Assembly: GCA_963767925.1 (NCBI GenBank)
Contig: CAVYGB010000006.1
Span: 32,001-96,000 of the forward strand
Length of the DNA stretch: 64,000 nucleotides
Reading direction: 5' to 3'
Source: an uncultured delta proteobacterium
GTDB lineage: Bacteria > Myxococcota_A > Polyangia > Fen-1088
Position 1 is the first letter of the stretch. The number at the start of each line of letters is the position of its first letter. Positions 9,642-19,439 of the stretch are shown here, piece after piece. Under the pieces are notes generated by a model that worked only from the letters and a program-made list of their open reading frames with translations, was not told where the DNA came from and made no database searches. Both the position numbers and the translations under genes were made by a program.

Positions 9642-11213
9642 CTACTCACTATGCGCCGGGGAAGCAGCCAGTTTCTCGCCGCCTTGGGCAGGCTCGGCGC
9701 CGCCGGGGGCGCGGCGGAGGGCGATGAGGGCCAGGGCGGCGAGGGCCAGAGAGCCGACCGTGCTGATGGCGGCGCAGAGCTGGATCCCGCGCACGAAGGC
9801 GGTGCGGGCGGCCTCGGTGACCCGCGCGGCGGCCTGGGGGGACAAGGTCCGGGCGGAGTCGACGGCGCCGGCCAGAGTGGCCCGGGCGGCCTCGGCGACC
9901 GCGGCGGGCGTGCCGGCGGGGATCGCGTCGGCCATGCCCAGCCGGTACACGGCGACGCCGATGCTGCCGAACAGGGCGATCCCCAGCGCGCCGCCCAGCT
10001 CGGCGCTGGTCTCGGAGAGGGCGGAGGCGGCGCCGGCCCGCTCGGGCGGCGCCGTGCCCACGATGATGTCGGTGGTCAGGGTGAAGACCGGGGCCATACC
10101 CAGCGAGAAGATCGTCGTGCCGAGGGCGAAGGTGGCGAAGCTGCTGGTGGCGTCGATGCGGGTGAAGAGGGCAAAGCCGAGGGCGGCGAGGATCATCCCC
10201 ACCGCCATCAGGTAGGCGGGACGGACCAGCCGGACCAGGCTGGGGGTCAACATCGATCCCACCACGAAGGAGAGGGCCCAGGGCAAGGTCCACAACCCCG
10301 CCCGGAAGGGGGACATGCCGAGGACGAGCTGGAGGTACTGGGGCAAAAACAGGAAGCCCCCGAAGAGGAACAGGATGGCCAGGCCGTAAGTGGCCAGCGA
10401 GGCGCTGAAGGCGGGGGCCCGGAACAGCCGCAGGTCCAGGAAGGGGTCGGCCAGGCGGAGCTGCCGGCGCCCGAAGGCCAGGGCCATGGCCAGTCCGGCG
10501 AGGATGAACAGCGCCGGGCCGAGGGCCAGGCCGTCCTGGGCGATCTGCTTGAGCCCGAAGACCACCGACAGCACCGCCAGCAGCGACAGCCCCGCGCTCA
10601 GCAGGTCGGGGCGGCCGGCCCCGGGATCGCGGTATTCGGGCAACAGCACCGGCCCCAGCAGCAGCAGCAGGGCCATCACCGGCACGGCGATCAGAAAGAC
10701 CGAGCCCCACCAGAAGTACTCCAGCAGCAGCCCTCCCACCAGCGGGCCGATCGCGCCGCCCACCGAATAGCTGGTGACCCAGACGCCGATGGCCAGCGTG
10801 CGCTGCTGGGAGTCGAGGAACATGTTGCGGATGAGGGACAGCGTCGAGGGGGCGATGGTGGCGCCGGCCAGCCCGAGCAGGGCCCGGGTGGCGATCAACA
10901 TCTCCGAGCTGCTGGAGAAGGCCGCCACCACGCTGGCGACGGCGAAGGCGGCGGCGCCGATCATCAGCAGGCGGCGCCGCCCGATGCGGTCGCCGAGGGT
11001 GCCCATGGTGATGAGCGAGCCGGCCACCATGAAGCCGTAGATGTCGATGATCCAGAGCAGCTCGGCGCTGCTGGGCTGGAGGTCGGCGCTCAGCATCGGC
11101 ACCGCCAGGTGCAGCACGGTCAGATCCATGGAGTAGAGCAGGCAGGGCAGCGCGAGCACGGCGAGGCCGATCCACTGGCGTCTGCCGGCCCGGGCCGGAG
11201 CGGCGGAGGTCAC
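9642..11213 (-). CDS. MFS drug:H+ antiporter, 14-TMS (DHA2, QacA/SmvA-like)
   Basis: MDLTVLHLAVP, WIIDIYG, GTLGDRIGRRRLL; many TM segments. Confidence 0.9.
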   Translation of the reverse strand: MTSAAPARAGRRQWIGLAVLALPCLLYSMDLTVLHLAVPMLSADLQPSSAELLWIIDIYGFMVAGSLITMGTLGDRIGRRRLLMIGAAAFAVASVVAAFSSSSEMLIATRALLGLAGATIAPSTLSLIRNMFLDSQQRTLAIGVWVTSYSVGGAIGPLVGGLLLEYFWWGSVFLIAVPVMALLLLLGPVLLPEYRDPGAGRPDLLSAGLSLLAVLSVVFGLKQIAQDGLALGPALFILAGLAMALAFGRRQLRLADPFLDLRLFRAPAFSASLATYGLAILFLFGGFLFLPQYLQLVLGMSPFRAGLWTLPWALSFVVGSMLTPSLVRLVRPAYLMAVGMILAALGFALFTRIDATSSFATFALGTTIFSLGMAPVFTLTTDIIVGTAPPERAGAASALSETSAELGGALGIALFGSIGVAVYRLGMADAIPAGTPAAVAEAARATLAGAVDSARTLSPQAAARVTEAARTAFVRGIQLCAAISTVGSLALAALALIALRRAPGGAEPAQGGEKLAASPAHSE

Positions 11214-11244
11214 GGGTGTTTTCTCTCTTTCTTTCGCGGGCCGT

Positions 11245-11571
11245 TCACGATCGATCCGATCGATCCGATCGATCCAACCTTGCTGACCTTGCCGATCGGC
11301 GGGACAGCGCGGTCAACACGGCGGGGAGGGGGCCGGGGTTGTGTATCGCGCACAGGCCCAGGCCGGTCAGGCACAGCAGGTCGCCCCGCCGGAACGGCCG
11401 CGGCGGCTGCCCCGCGCGCTCGAGGCGGATCTCGCCGTCGTCGATCGACACGAGCGCATCATGCCACTCCTCGGCCCGGTACAGGTGGCGGCTGCCCGGC
11501 GCGAGCACGACAACCCGCCGCTCGAAGGCGGGCGAGCGCGACGCCGCCAGCCGCCACGGCCCGGGGGCCAT
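11245..11571 (-). CDS. Small cupin-like hypothetical protein coupled to the sigma gene
   Basis: ATG overlaps the sigma TGA; EEWHDALVSIDDGEIRL...FRRGDLLCL...IHNPGPLPAVL resembles a cupin-type beta-barrel. Confidence 0.55.
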   Translation of the reverse strand: MAPGPWRLAASRSPAFERRVVVLAPGSRHLYRAEEWHDALVSIDDGEIRLERAGQPPRPFRRGDLLCLTGLGLCAIHNPGPLPAVLTALSRRSARSARLDRSDRSDRS

Positions 11572-12605
11572 CACAGCTCCGCGGGCAGTCCGAGGGCCTC
11601 GAGCATCGGTCCGAGGTCGAAGGTCGTGATCTCCTTGATCTGCCCCTGCTCCACCCGCAGGACATCCAGGCTCATCGGGCGGTAGGCGCTCTCGCCGGGC
11701 TTGCGCACGTAACAGGCCACGGCCGGCATGCGGTTGGTGCTGGTGGTGAGGCAGCGGAAGGCTCCGAACCCTTCGCTGCCGAAGCCGCCCTGTATCCAGG
11801 AGGCGACGACGGTGTCCCGCCCCACCCAGGCCCCCGGGTTGGGCGGCATGGCGAAGCGGACGTCCTCGCTGAGCTGGCTGGCCAGCGCCGCCACGTCCCC
11901 CCGCTCGGTCGCCGACACGTAGCGCTCCAGCAGCAAGCGCTGCTGCTCGGCCGGGTCCAGGCCCGGCGGCCACTCCGGCTGCGGATCGGGCTGGTGGGCG
12001 CGCAGGGTGGTCCGGGCCCGCTGCAAGGCGCTGTTCACCGCGGCCACGCTGAGGCCGAGCAGCTCGGCCGCCTCCCGGGCCGACCAGTCGAGCACGTCGC
12101 ACAGGATGAGGGCGGCGCGCGGTTTGGGGGGCAGGAACTGGATCGCCATCAGGTAGGCCAGGGCGATGGTCTCCTTCGCCACCACCGCCGCGTCCGGCTG
12201 CTCCGCCGGCGGCCCGGCCGGGTCGAGGAGGCGATCGGGAAAGGGCTGCAACCACGAGACCTCCGGCGGCGCGGGCGGGCCGGGCTCGGCGGGGGCGTCC
12301 TCGGCCGACGGCTTCAGGCGGTTCCGGTGTTTCTCCAGAAAGTCGAGGCAGGCGTTGGTGGCGATGCCGTACAGCCAGGCGCGCAGCGAGGCGCGCCCCT
12401 CGAAGGTCGCCCGGCCGCGCCAGGCGCGCAGGAAGGTCTCCTGCACGAGGTCCTGGGCGTCCTCGAAGGAGCCCAGCATGCGGTAGCAGTGCACCCGCAG
12501 CTCCCGCCGGTGCCGTTCGAGGAGCCCGGTGAAGGCCTCCGGGTCCTCCGCCTGCGCCACCCGGGCCGCGGTTTCGTCCAGCGTGCGATCGGTTTCGTTC
12601 ATCAT
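11571..12605 (-). CDS. ECF sigma-70 factor with C-terminal SnoaL-like domain (SigG-like)
   Basis: [31 protein letters not shown], region 4 VAAVNSALQRAR, FAMPP, NRMPAVACY. Confidence 0.9.
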   Translation of the reverse strand: MMNETDRTLDETAARVAQAEDPEAFTGLLERHRRELRVHCYRMLGSFEDAQDLVQETFLRAWRGRATFEGRASLRAWLYGIATNACLDFLEKHRNRLKPSAEDAPAEPGPPAPPEVSWLQPFPDRLLDPAGPPAEQPDAAVVAKETIALAYLMAIQFLPPKPRAALILCDVLDWSAREAAELLGLSVAAVNSALQRARTTLRAHQPDPQPEWPPGLDPAEQQRLLLERYVSATERGDVAALASQLSEDVRFAMPPNPGAWVGRDTVVASWIQGGFGSEGFGAFRCLTTSTNRMPAVACYVRKPGESAYRPMSLDVLRVEQGQIKEITTFDLGPMLEALGLPAEL

Positions 12606-12611
12606 GCAAAA

Positions 12612-12641
12612 TATGACTGCCCGGACCGGTGAAACTCATCG
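12612..12641 (-). promoter_or_regulatory. SigG-type autoregulatory promoter CGATGA-N18-GTC, probably leaderless
   Basis: tcatcg at 12636-12641 and gac at 12615-12617 on the plus strand; about 10 nt before ATG 12605 with no RBS. Confidence 0.55.
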
Positions 12642-12733
12642 GCCGGGGCGATCCGGCACGCAAGCCCTGGAAATCGTTCGCCGAGTGGCCGGGGGTCGGC
12701 GGGCCGCCCCGGGGGCTGCTCGGGCGGTGCGGG

Positions 12734-13195
12734 CTAGGAGGCCTCGACCAGGGCGGCGAGCTTGGCCAGGGACGCCTGCCAGCCGAGCTCGTTGTCGGCG
12801 GGCGCCACGCCGGGCGGCACCGAGTCGTGTACGGCGACGACCTCGGTGCCCCCTTCGGGGGCGTCGGCGAGGGCGAAGCTGATGGTCATCTCCCCCTGCA
12901 GGGCGGGATCTTGCGTCTCGAACTCGACGACCTCGACGACCCGCTCGTCGGGCACCAGCTTCACGAAGCGGCCGTGATAGGTGTCGGTGTGAGCGCTGGT
13001 CTTGCCCGCCTCGCTGGGCGCCTCGTAGGTGAGGGAGATGCGGATGGCGCCGCCCTCGCGCGCCTCGTAGGCGTGCACCTCGCTGGTCATGCCGGTCGGC
13101 ACCATCCACCAGGCGACCGCGCGCGAGTCGAGGAGCGCCCGGTACACGGCCGCCCGCGGCGCGTTCACGAGGTGGCGGATGCGGGTCGTGCTCAT
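12734..13195 (-). CDS. SRPBCC/AHSA1-like domain protein
   Basis: VNAPRAAVYRALLD, WMVPTGM, DTYHGRFVKLVPDERVVE, NELGW..SLAKL. Confidence 0.85.
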   Translation of the reverse strand: MSTTRIRHLVNAPRAAVYRALLDSRAVAWWMVPTGMTSEVHAYEAREGGAIRISLTYEAPSEAGKTSAHTDTYHGRFVKLVPDERVVEVVEFETQDPALQGEMTISFALADAPEGGTEVVAVHDSVPPGVAPADNELGWQASLAKLAALVEAS

Positions 13196-13305
13196 GCGCG
13201 AACCGTAGCACCGCGCACCGACGGTGGCGAGACACCGGGTGCGACGATTCGCCCATGAGCACGACCGCGGGATCGTTTCCGGCGACGTCCCGGGCGGGTC
13301 CGTGA

Positions 13306-14166
13306 TCAGGGGGTCTCCCGCACCACCTCGCGGGCGACCTTGTCGAAGCGCACGCCGAGCAGCCGGGGGTGGCGCAACTTCCCGTACCCGGTCCACTGGA
13401 TGAAGGCGACCTGCACGACGATCTCCGGGCGGGCCCAGTGGGCCCCCGTGCGCGGCAGGCCGATCGCCCGGGTGAAGGGCGGCGCCGGCACGGCGAGGGC
13501 ATCGAGCCGCGCGCGCAGGTCGAGCAGGAGGCGCGTGTCGAAGCCGGTGCCCACCTTGCCGGCGAAGACGAGGTCGTCGCCGTCGTAGTAGCCGACCAGC
13601 AGGGCCCCCAGCCCCACCCGGCGGCCCTGAGGGTCGGTGAACCCGCCGACAACCAGCTCCTGGCTGGCCTCGACCTTCATCTTCAGCCAGTGGGGGGAGC
13701 GGCGGTGCTCGTAGGGCGACTCGCGCCGCTTGGCGATCACCCCCTCCCAGCCTTCGCGGGCCGCCAGCAGCCAGGGCTCGGAGTCGTCGAGGGTCTCCAC
13801 CCGCGCGAGGGGCGGCGCCAGCGGCAGGGTCCGCAGCAGGGCCTGCCGCGCGTGCAGGGGCGCCGACATCGTCTCCCGACCATCGAGCCACAGGACGTCG
13901 AACACGTGGTAGGTGGCGCCGTCCCAGGAGACCTCGCCGTCGAGGATGGTCTCGCCCACCGGCAGGGCCGCCAGGGCGGCGGCCACGCCGGGGCAATCCT
14001 GCTCGAGCCGGTTGCGCGACAGCAGGCGCACCCGCGGGCCCTGCTTGAACGCCAGCAGCCGGATGCCGTCGAACTTCCGCTCGAAGATCCATTCGGGACC
14101 GGTGAACCGCTCCTGGGTCAAGGTCGCCGCCATCGGCACCACCCACTCGGGAAAGGCGACCGTCAT
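13306..14166 (-). CDS. ATP-dependent DNA ligase (stand-alone LigD-type ligase domain)
   Basis: ERKFDGIR (KxDG), LDGEV, EGVIAKR, WLKMK, GKVGTGF, LRHPR. Confidence 0.88.
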   Translation of the reverse strand: MTVAFPEWVVPMAATLTQERFTGPEWIFERKFDGIRLLAFKQGPRVRLLSRNRLEQDCPGVAAALAALPVGETILDGEVSWDGATYHVFDVLWLDGRETMSAPLHARQALLRTLPLAPPLARVETLDDSEPWLLAAREGWEGVIAKRRESPYEHRRSPHWLKMKVEASQELVVGGFTDPQGRRVGLGALLVGYYDGDDLVFAGKVGTGFDTRLLLDLRARLDALAVPAPPFTRAIGLPRTGAHWARPEIVVQVAFIQWTGYGKLRHPRLLGVRFDKVAREVVRETP

Positions 14167-14326
14167 CGGCCCATCTTACGCTCTCGACCGTCGGCGACCG
14201 TCCGGCCTGCGGCCAGGCGCCGCGGGAGCCGGCCGCCATCCGGCCGCCGAGCCGCTCGATCCCGGAGATCCGCCGGGTTCTCTCGGCGATCCGGGCGGCA
14301 CGCCGGTTGCTGAACCCCGCGGCTGG

Positions 14327-14575
14327 ATGCGGATCATCCGCCGTTACGCCAACGGGAAGCTCTACGACGCTCTCCGCAGCCGGCACCTCAAGCTGCCGGA
14401 GGTGGCGGCCCTCGTCCGCCTCGGCGAGGACCTCCGCATCATCGAGCACCGGACCGAACGCGACGTCACCGCGATCGTCTTCGCCCAGATCCTCTACGAG
14501 GAGGAGAAGGAGGGCCCCCGCCTCTCGGTGGCCGAGCTGGCGCGTATCATCCGCGAGGGCTTTCGCGAAGACTGA
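14327..14575 (+). CDS. PhaR-like PHA synthesis regulator DNA-binding domain protein
   Basis: RIIRRYANGKLYD...DVTAIVFAQILYEEEK. Confidence 0.75.
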   Translation: MRIIRRYANGKLYDALRSRHLKLPEVAALVRLGEDLRIIEHRTERDVTAIVFAQILYEEEKEGPRLSVAELARIIREGFRED

Positions 14576-14606
14576 GGACCTTGTCGGCCATCGCCCTCGC
14601 GGGCGC

Positions 14607-16799
14607 TCAGCGGGCCGCGGCGGCCGCGGGGTCGGGAGCGGCGGTGGGCGCGCGCGGGTCGAGGTAGAGGCCCAGCTTCGCGATGGCGGGGGCGGGATCC
14701 GACTTGTCGATGCGCAGCCGCACCTTCCAGACCCGGGTGAGGGGGAAGCGGTGCACCTTGCTCGCGCCGATGGCCGTCCCCTCGGCGAGCGGCTTCCAGG
14801 CGCTCTCGACGAGGCCCTCGACCCGGTAGCCCTTCACCCGGCCGGTCATGCCGGCCGCCTCGCGCAGCTCGACGGCGTTGATGTCGAGGGCGCCCTCGGT
14901 ATCCAGCTCCAGCCGGGCCTCGCTGATGCCGTCGTCGGTGGCCCAGTGGGTCCCATCGTCGTCGTCGAGGGCCTGCCAGCCGGCGAACCGGCGCTCGCCG
15001 CCGCGCACGTTCGAGGTGGTCACCGGGCGATCCAGGGCGAGGTTCCCGCCGAGCGCGCTGGCCGGCGCACCGGGGCCGGCCGGACCAGCCGCGCCGAGGG
15101 CGGCGGTCTTCACCGGCGCGCCGCTCTTCAGGCTCGTGGAGGTGTAGCCGAGGTTCCGCAGCGCCCGGGTGCCGAGCCGCTCGGCGAGCTGGGCCAGGTA
15201 CAGGCTCTCGGGCGCCACGTGGGTCCCGTGCGCGTCCTTCAGGGCCTCGGGCATCATCGGGCCCGAGCCGAACGGGCGCGGCGCCAGCTTGCTCTCGCCG
15301 ATGTTGCCGATCATCCAGTTGATGGCGCCGGGCGGGTTCTGGACGATGTAGTCCTTCGCCTCGGAGTTCCAGACCACGCCCCAGCCCATCGACCAGCCGT
15401 GGCCCGACCCCATCGACCCGCGGTTGCGCAGCTCGATGCCGCCGTCGGGGGCCCGGCAGTTGTCGTAGAGGATGCCGGTCGACCAGCGCTGGTGCGACTC
15501 GGCCCGGGCGTTGCCGAGGAAGGTGGAGTTGAGGACCACGACCGGGCCAGCGTGACGGGCCCCGGTGGCGACGAACCAGATGTTGTCTCCGGTGACCGAG
15601 ACCCGATCGAGCAGGATCTGGCTGCCGTTGGGGGCGAACTCGGCCGGCTTGGAGGCCCCCTGGTGCTTGGCCTTGCGCCGGACCGACACCTGCTGGAACG
15701 TGATGCGCCGGCCGCCGATGCCGACGCTGCCCATGGTCTCGTCGATGGCCACGTCGCGCACCCAGCCGTCTTCGCCCTGGAAGCGGATCGCCGAGAAGTG
15801 CGACTGGGAGTGGCTGATCTCCTGGGGCGGCGACTCGATGTGGAGCTGCTCGATGCCGACCTGGCTGACCCGCGCCGGAGGGCGGATCTCGACAAGGGTG
15901 GCGCCGGTGGGCGCGAGGTGGCGGGCATCGAGCGCGTCGGTCAGCGGGACGTCGAGGGTGACCTTCTTGCCCGCGACGGCCTTGACCGTCCGCTCGGTGG
16001 TCAAGATCGTGCCCGGGCGGATCCAGGTCTGGCGGTTCCCGCCGCGGGTCATGTCGTCCATCCCCATGAACTTCACCCAGGCCTCGGTGACCGGCCGGCG
16101 GACCAGGACGGTGTCGCCGGCCGCGAGCCCGCTGGCGTCGGCGACCGAGAGGGCGGTCGCGCCCGAGGGGACGTAGGCATCGGTGATGGCGCGCTCGGGC
16201 CCGACCGTCTCGGGGTCGCCCCCGCCGCCGTTGCCGCCCCCGCCCGCGCGCACGCGGATTGCGGTGTGGGGTTTGCCAGCGAGCTTGAGCGTGGTCCGAT
16301 TCTTCCCGGCCTCGCTGCCGCTCCCGCGCAGCACGACCCCGCTCGCGGAGATGTCGATCGGGCCGGCGAGGGTGAACACGCCGGGAGCCAGCCGCACGGC
16401 GCCGCGGTGTTTGCCCCGCAGCGGCAGGGCCGACACCTCGTCGATGGCGGCCTGGATGAGGGCGGTGTCGTCCGCGCCGCCGGAGGGCTTCACCGTCTTC
16501 TTGACCGGAACGGTCGGGAGCGCGACGCCGCCCCCCATGTACCCGGCGTGGGAGAAGTCGAGGATGCGGTCGCCGGCCGGGGTGGTCTTGTAGCGGAGCT
16601 TGCCGTCGGGCCCGCGGTAGACCCACTCGCTGGTGGCGGTCTCGGCCGCGGCCAGGGGCAAGGTTCCGAGCGCGAGGGCCAGGGCGAGAGCGCACCCGGC
16701 CAGCAAGACGCCGCCCCGCCGCCGCCGCGCATCGCGCGGTCTTTCCAGGGGCGATCGAGCCGGCGAACCACGCAAGGACGGGGTGCGGTACATGGCCAT
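14607..16799 (-). CDS. Secreted pectin-lyase-fold (beta-helix) protein with C-terminal F5/8 type C (discoidin) domain
   Basis: Signal peptide; DFSHAGYMGGG, DDTALIQAAID, HQRWSTGILYDN, NRGSMGSGHGW; C-terminal NLALDRPVTTS..ALDDDDGTHW. Confidence 0.75.
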   Translation of the reverse strand: MAMYRTPSLRGSPARSPLERPRDARRRRGGVLLAGCALALALALGTLPLAAAETATSEWVYRGPDGKLRYKTTPAGDRILDFSHAGYMGGGVALPTVPVKKTVKPSGGADDTALIQAAIDEVSALPLRGKHRGAVRLAPGVFTLAGPIDISASGVVLRGSGSEAGKNRTTLKLAGKPHTAIRVRAGGGGNGGGGDPETVGPERAITDAYVPSGATALSVADASGLAAGDTVLVRRPVTEAWVKFMGMDDMTRGGNRQTWIRPGTILTTERTVKAVAGKKVTLDVPLTDALDARHLAPTGATLVEIRPPARVSQVGIEQLHIESPPQEISHSQSHFSAIRFQGEDGWVRDVAIDETMGSVGIGGRRITFQQVSVRRKAKHQGASKPAEFAPNGSQILLDRVSVTGDNIWFVATGARHAGPVVVLNSTFLGNARAESHQRWSTGILYDNCRAPDGGIELRNRGSMGSGHGWSMGWGVVWNSEAKDYIVQNPPGAINWMIGNIGESKLAPRPFGSGPMMPEALKDAHGTHVAPESLYLAQLAERLGTRALRNLGYTSTSLKSGAPVKTAALGAAGPAGPGAPASALGGNLALDRPVTTSNVRGGERRFAGWQALDDDDGTHWATDDGISEARLELDTEGALDINAVELREAAGMTGRVKGYRVEGLVESAWKPLAEGTAIGASKVHRFPLTRVWKVRLRIDKSDPAPAIAKLGLYLDPRAPTAAPDPAAAAAR

Positions 16800-17007
16800 A
16801 CCTACAATACCGCGTCCCGCGGGTTTTCAATGATGCCGCTGATCCGCGCCTTCGCTGCGGTCGGACGGCGAGCGCGCGCGGCGTCGAGCGCGCCGAGCTC
16901 GAGAGGCAGCGCACGGCGACGAGCGCCGAATGCCGAGGCGCGGGCGGCGGATCGCCCGCTGGCGCGGAACCGGCGCGGGGGCGGCCCCGGGCAGAGTGGG
17001 CCCGCCG

Positions 17008-18786
17008 TCAGTGGCAGGTCTGCTTGCGGTTGTACGTGTACGGCGACGACGGGGCCTGGCCGGCGGCGGCGCAGGTGCCGCAGACCTTGTAGGGACCCGG
17101 GACGCCGCAGTCGACCGCGTCGGTGAAGCCGTCGCTCGGCTGGCAGAAGCAGAAGAAGACCTCGCCCCGCCCTCCCCCGGTGCATTGCACCGAACAGTTC
17201 AGGCCAGCGGTCTGGCCGGCGCTCGAGCAGGTTGCGGTGGGGGTGCCGCAGCTGAAGAGAGCCTCCCCGCTCTTGCAGAACTTGCAGACCGAGCCGAGGC
17301 TCTCGGGCAGTCCCTTGGCGATCTTGCCGTCGCAGTCGTAGTCGTAGGTCCCCCTGGCCTTGCTGGCCACGTCGAAGAAGGCGGCCTGGCCCGGCTTGGC
17401 GTTGCCATCGCCGTCGTCGCAGTCGGTCGCCTTCGACACGAACCCGGCGGGCGAGGCATCGGCGCAGGCGGCCTGGGCGCCCCCGTTGAGCAAGGTGCCG
17501 AACTTGTCGCCCACCCCGTCGCCGTCGGCGTCCTTGTAGAAGACCTGGCAGGCCACGCCGGCGTTGCAGGTCACCCCTGGACACTTGCACTTGCCCGGCG
17601 TCTCGCTGCAGGTGAAGGGCGACTCGCAGGCGCTGTTGCAGCAGACCTTGTTGCCCGGATCGCCGGCACAGTGACCACTGCGGCACTCGTCGCCGGTGAC
17701 GCAGCCGAGGCCATCGCCCTTCTTGGGCGCGCACTGGTTGCTGGCGTTGCAGTAGGTCTTTTCCTTCTGGCAGTCCTCGTGGGCGGCGCAGCGGGTGTTG
17801 CAGGCCCCCTCGGCGCAGGCGTAGTCGACGCAGGCGTTCAGGGCCGGGGTGCAGCTCCCCTGCCCGTCGCAGGTCATGGCTGCCACCTCGTCATCGGCGC
17901 TGCACCATTTGTTGCCGCAGGCCTTCTCGGTGCCGGGGTAGCGGCAGGCCCGGTTGCCGTTGCAGGTGCCGGCGCACTGCTGGTTCGAGCCCTGGAAGCC
18001 GCCGTCGGGCGGCCGGATGCCGCCGTCGGCGGGGCCGCCGTCGCTGGTCGGGGCGTCGGGGCCGCTGCCCGCGTCGGGCGGCGGGGGCGGGCCACACTGC
18101 ATCTTCGGATCGGTGCCGTCGGGGGCCGGATCGCAGCGCCCGCGCTGGCCGGCCAGGCACGACTCGCAGGTGCCGGGGCAGGCGCTGTTGCAGCAGACGC
18201 CCTCCACGCAGAAGTCGCTGGTGCACTCGGCGCGGGCGGTGCAGGTCTCGCCGTTGGCCTTGCGGCCGCTGGGATCGACGGGCGCGTCGCCCGGCCCATC
18301 GGCGCCGCCGTCGCCGGCCCCGGCCGCCAGGGTGATGAGGGCGGCGACCGCCTTGCCCGGCGTGAGGCTCAGGGCGTTGGAGGTCCGCCCCGCGGCCAGC
18401 ACCGCGCCGGCGGCGTCGAGGGCCTCGAAGGCCAGGGTCATCGTGCCGCTGTCGCTGGCCGGGATGAAGCGAAAGCGCAGCTCGCCGCCGCCGAGGGCGG
18501 CGCCGTCGATCGGCACCGGGCGCACCACCGCGCTGGCGCCCGGCTTCTGGGCGGTGAGCACCCCCCGGGCGATGCGGGATCGGGTGGCGGCAGCCACTCC
18601 GCGGAGGTCGACGGTGACGTTGACGCCGAAGCCGTCGGGTGGGGCCGCCGCCTTCGCGCAGGCCCCCGCGGCCACTGCGGCCAGCAGGCAGGCAACCACG
18701 GCGCGTGGCAGGCGGCCCGTCGCCACCGCGCCACCGCGCCGGCGCGCGGCTCGACCACCGAGAGCGCGTGGCAGGCGGCCTCTCAC
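17008..18786 (-). CDS. Cys-rich surface lipoprotein with Ca/metal-binding (MopE-like) repeats
   Basis: Lipobox AAGAC; CVEGVCCNSAC repeats; YKDADGDGVG, DCDDGD, DYDCDG. Start is GTG 18786 or 18726. Confidence 0.75.
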   Translation of the reverse strand: MRGRLPRALGGRAARRRGGAVATGRLPRAVVACLLAAVAAGACAKAAAPPDGFGVNVTVDLRGVAAATRSRIARGVLTAQKPGASAVVRPVPIDGAALGGGELRFRFIPASDSGTMTLAFEALDAAGAVLAAGRTSNALSLTPGKAVAALITLAAGAGDGGADGPGDAPVDPSGRKANGETCTARAECTSDFCVEGVCCNSACPGTCESCLAGQRGRCDPAPDGTDPKMQCGPPPPPDAGSGPDAPTSDGGPADGGIRPPDGGFQGSNQQCAGTCNGNRACRYPGTEKACGNKWCSADDEVAAMTCDGQGSCTPALNACVDYACAEGACNTRCAAHEDCQKEKTYCNASNQCAPKKGDGLGCVTGDECRSGHCAGDPGNKVCCNSACESPFTCSETPGKCKCPGVTCNAGVACQVFYKDADGDGVGDKFGTLLNGGAQAACADASPAGFVSKATDCDDGDGNAKPGQAAFFDVASKARGTYDYDCDGKIAKGLPESLGSVCKFCKSGEALFSCGTPTATCSSAGQTAGLNCSVQCTGGGRGEVFFCFCQPSDGFTDAVDCGVPGPYKVCGTCAAAGQAPSSPYTYNRKQTCH

Positions 18787-19439
18787 CACCGGGCCACCGC
18801 GCCGCTGCGCAGCTCGCGCACCTCGGGCAGGTTGTTCCAGGCGCCGCCGTCGCCCGAGGCGGCCACCACCGCCACCACGACGACGGCCACCGCCACTGCC
18901 CCGCCGACCGCGCCCCAGAACCAGGCCTTCTTGTACAGGGGCCGCTCCTCGGGCACCGGCGCGGCCGCCGTCAGGACGGGCGGCTCGCTCGCCACCGGGG
19001 GCGGCAGGGCTGCGGTCAGGATCGGGAGCGGGGCGGGTGCAGCCACCGGCGCGGGCGCCGCGGGCGGCGGCGCGGTGGCGGCGGCCCGCTCGACCTCGAT
19101 CTGCTTTTCCAGCCGGGCGATCTGCCCGCGAACGCTCTCGGCGTTCTCGACGTCGGGGTAAAACAGCAGGTAGTTGCGGTAGAGGGTGAGCGCGCGGTCG
19201 GTCTTGCCGCCGAGCCGGAGCGCCTGGGCGGCGTTGAACAGCAGCGCCGGATCGGCCTTGAGCTTGTACGCGCTCTGGTAGGCCTCCGCGGCGGCGTCGT
19301 ATTCGCCGAGCGCGTAGTGGGCCTGACCCTTCTTGAACAGCTCCTTGGCCGCGCTGGCGTCGTCGGCGCGCGCCGCTGCGCCCGGCGCCAGCCAGCAGGC
19401 CACCACCAGACACCCCACCCACGACAGCCGAACACCCAT
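18783..19439 (-). CDS. Secreted TPR protein with C-terminal TM helix
   Basis: AKELFKKGQAHYALGEYDAA..LLFNAAQA; PLYKKAWFWGAVGG anchor typical of myxobacterial TPR proteins. Confidence 0.82.
   Translation of the reverse strand: MGVRLSWVGCLVVACWLAPGAAARADDASAAKELFKKGQAHYALGEYDAAAEAYQSAYKLKADPALLFNAAQALRLGGKTDRALTLYRNYLLFYPDVENAESVRGQIARLEKQIEVERAAATAPPPAAPAPVAAPAPLPILTAALPPPVASEPPVLTAAAPVPEERPLYKKAWFWGAVGGAVAVAVVVVAVVAASGDGGAWNNLPEVRELRSGAVARW

Noticed and set aside
11248..11276. (GATCGATCC)x3 repeat
   Set aside because: Short simple repeat at the end of a small ORF with no evidence of function.
9507..12632. Long plus-strand ORF (1041 aa) and similar shadows such as 53753-57769, 14307-17126 and 51001-54210
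   Set aside because: Antisense or alternate-frame ORFs expected in very GC-rich DNA; they overlap well-supported genes and have no motifs.
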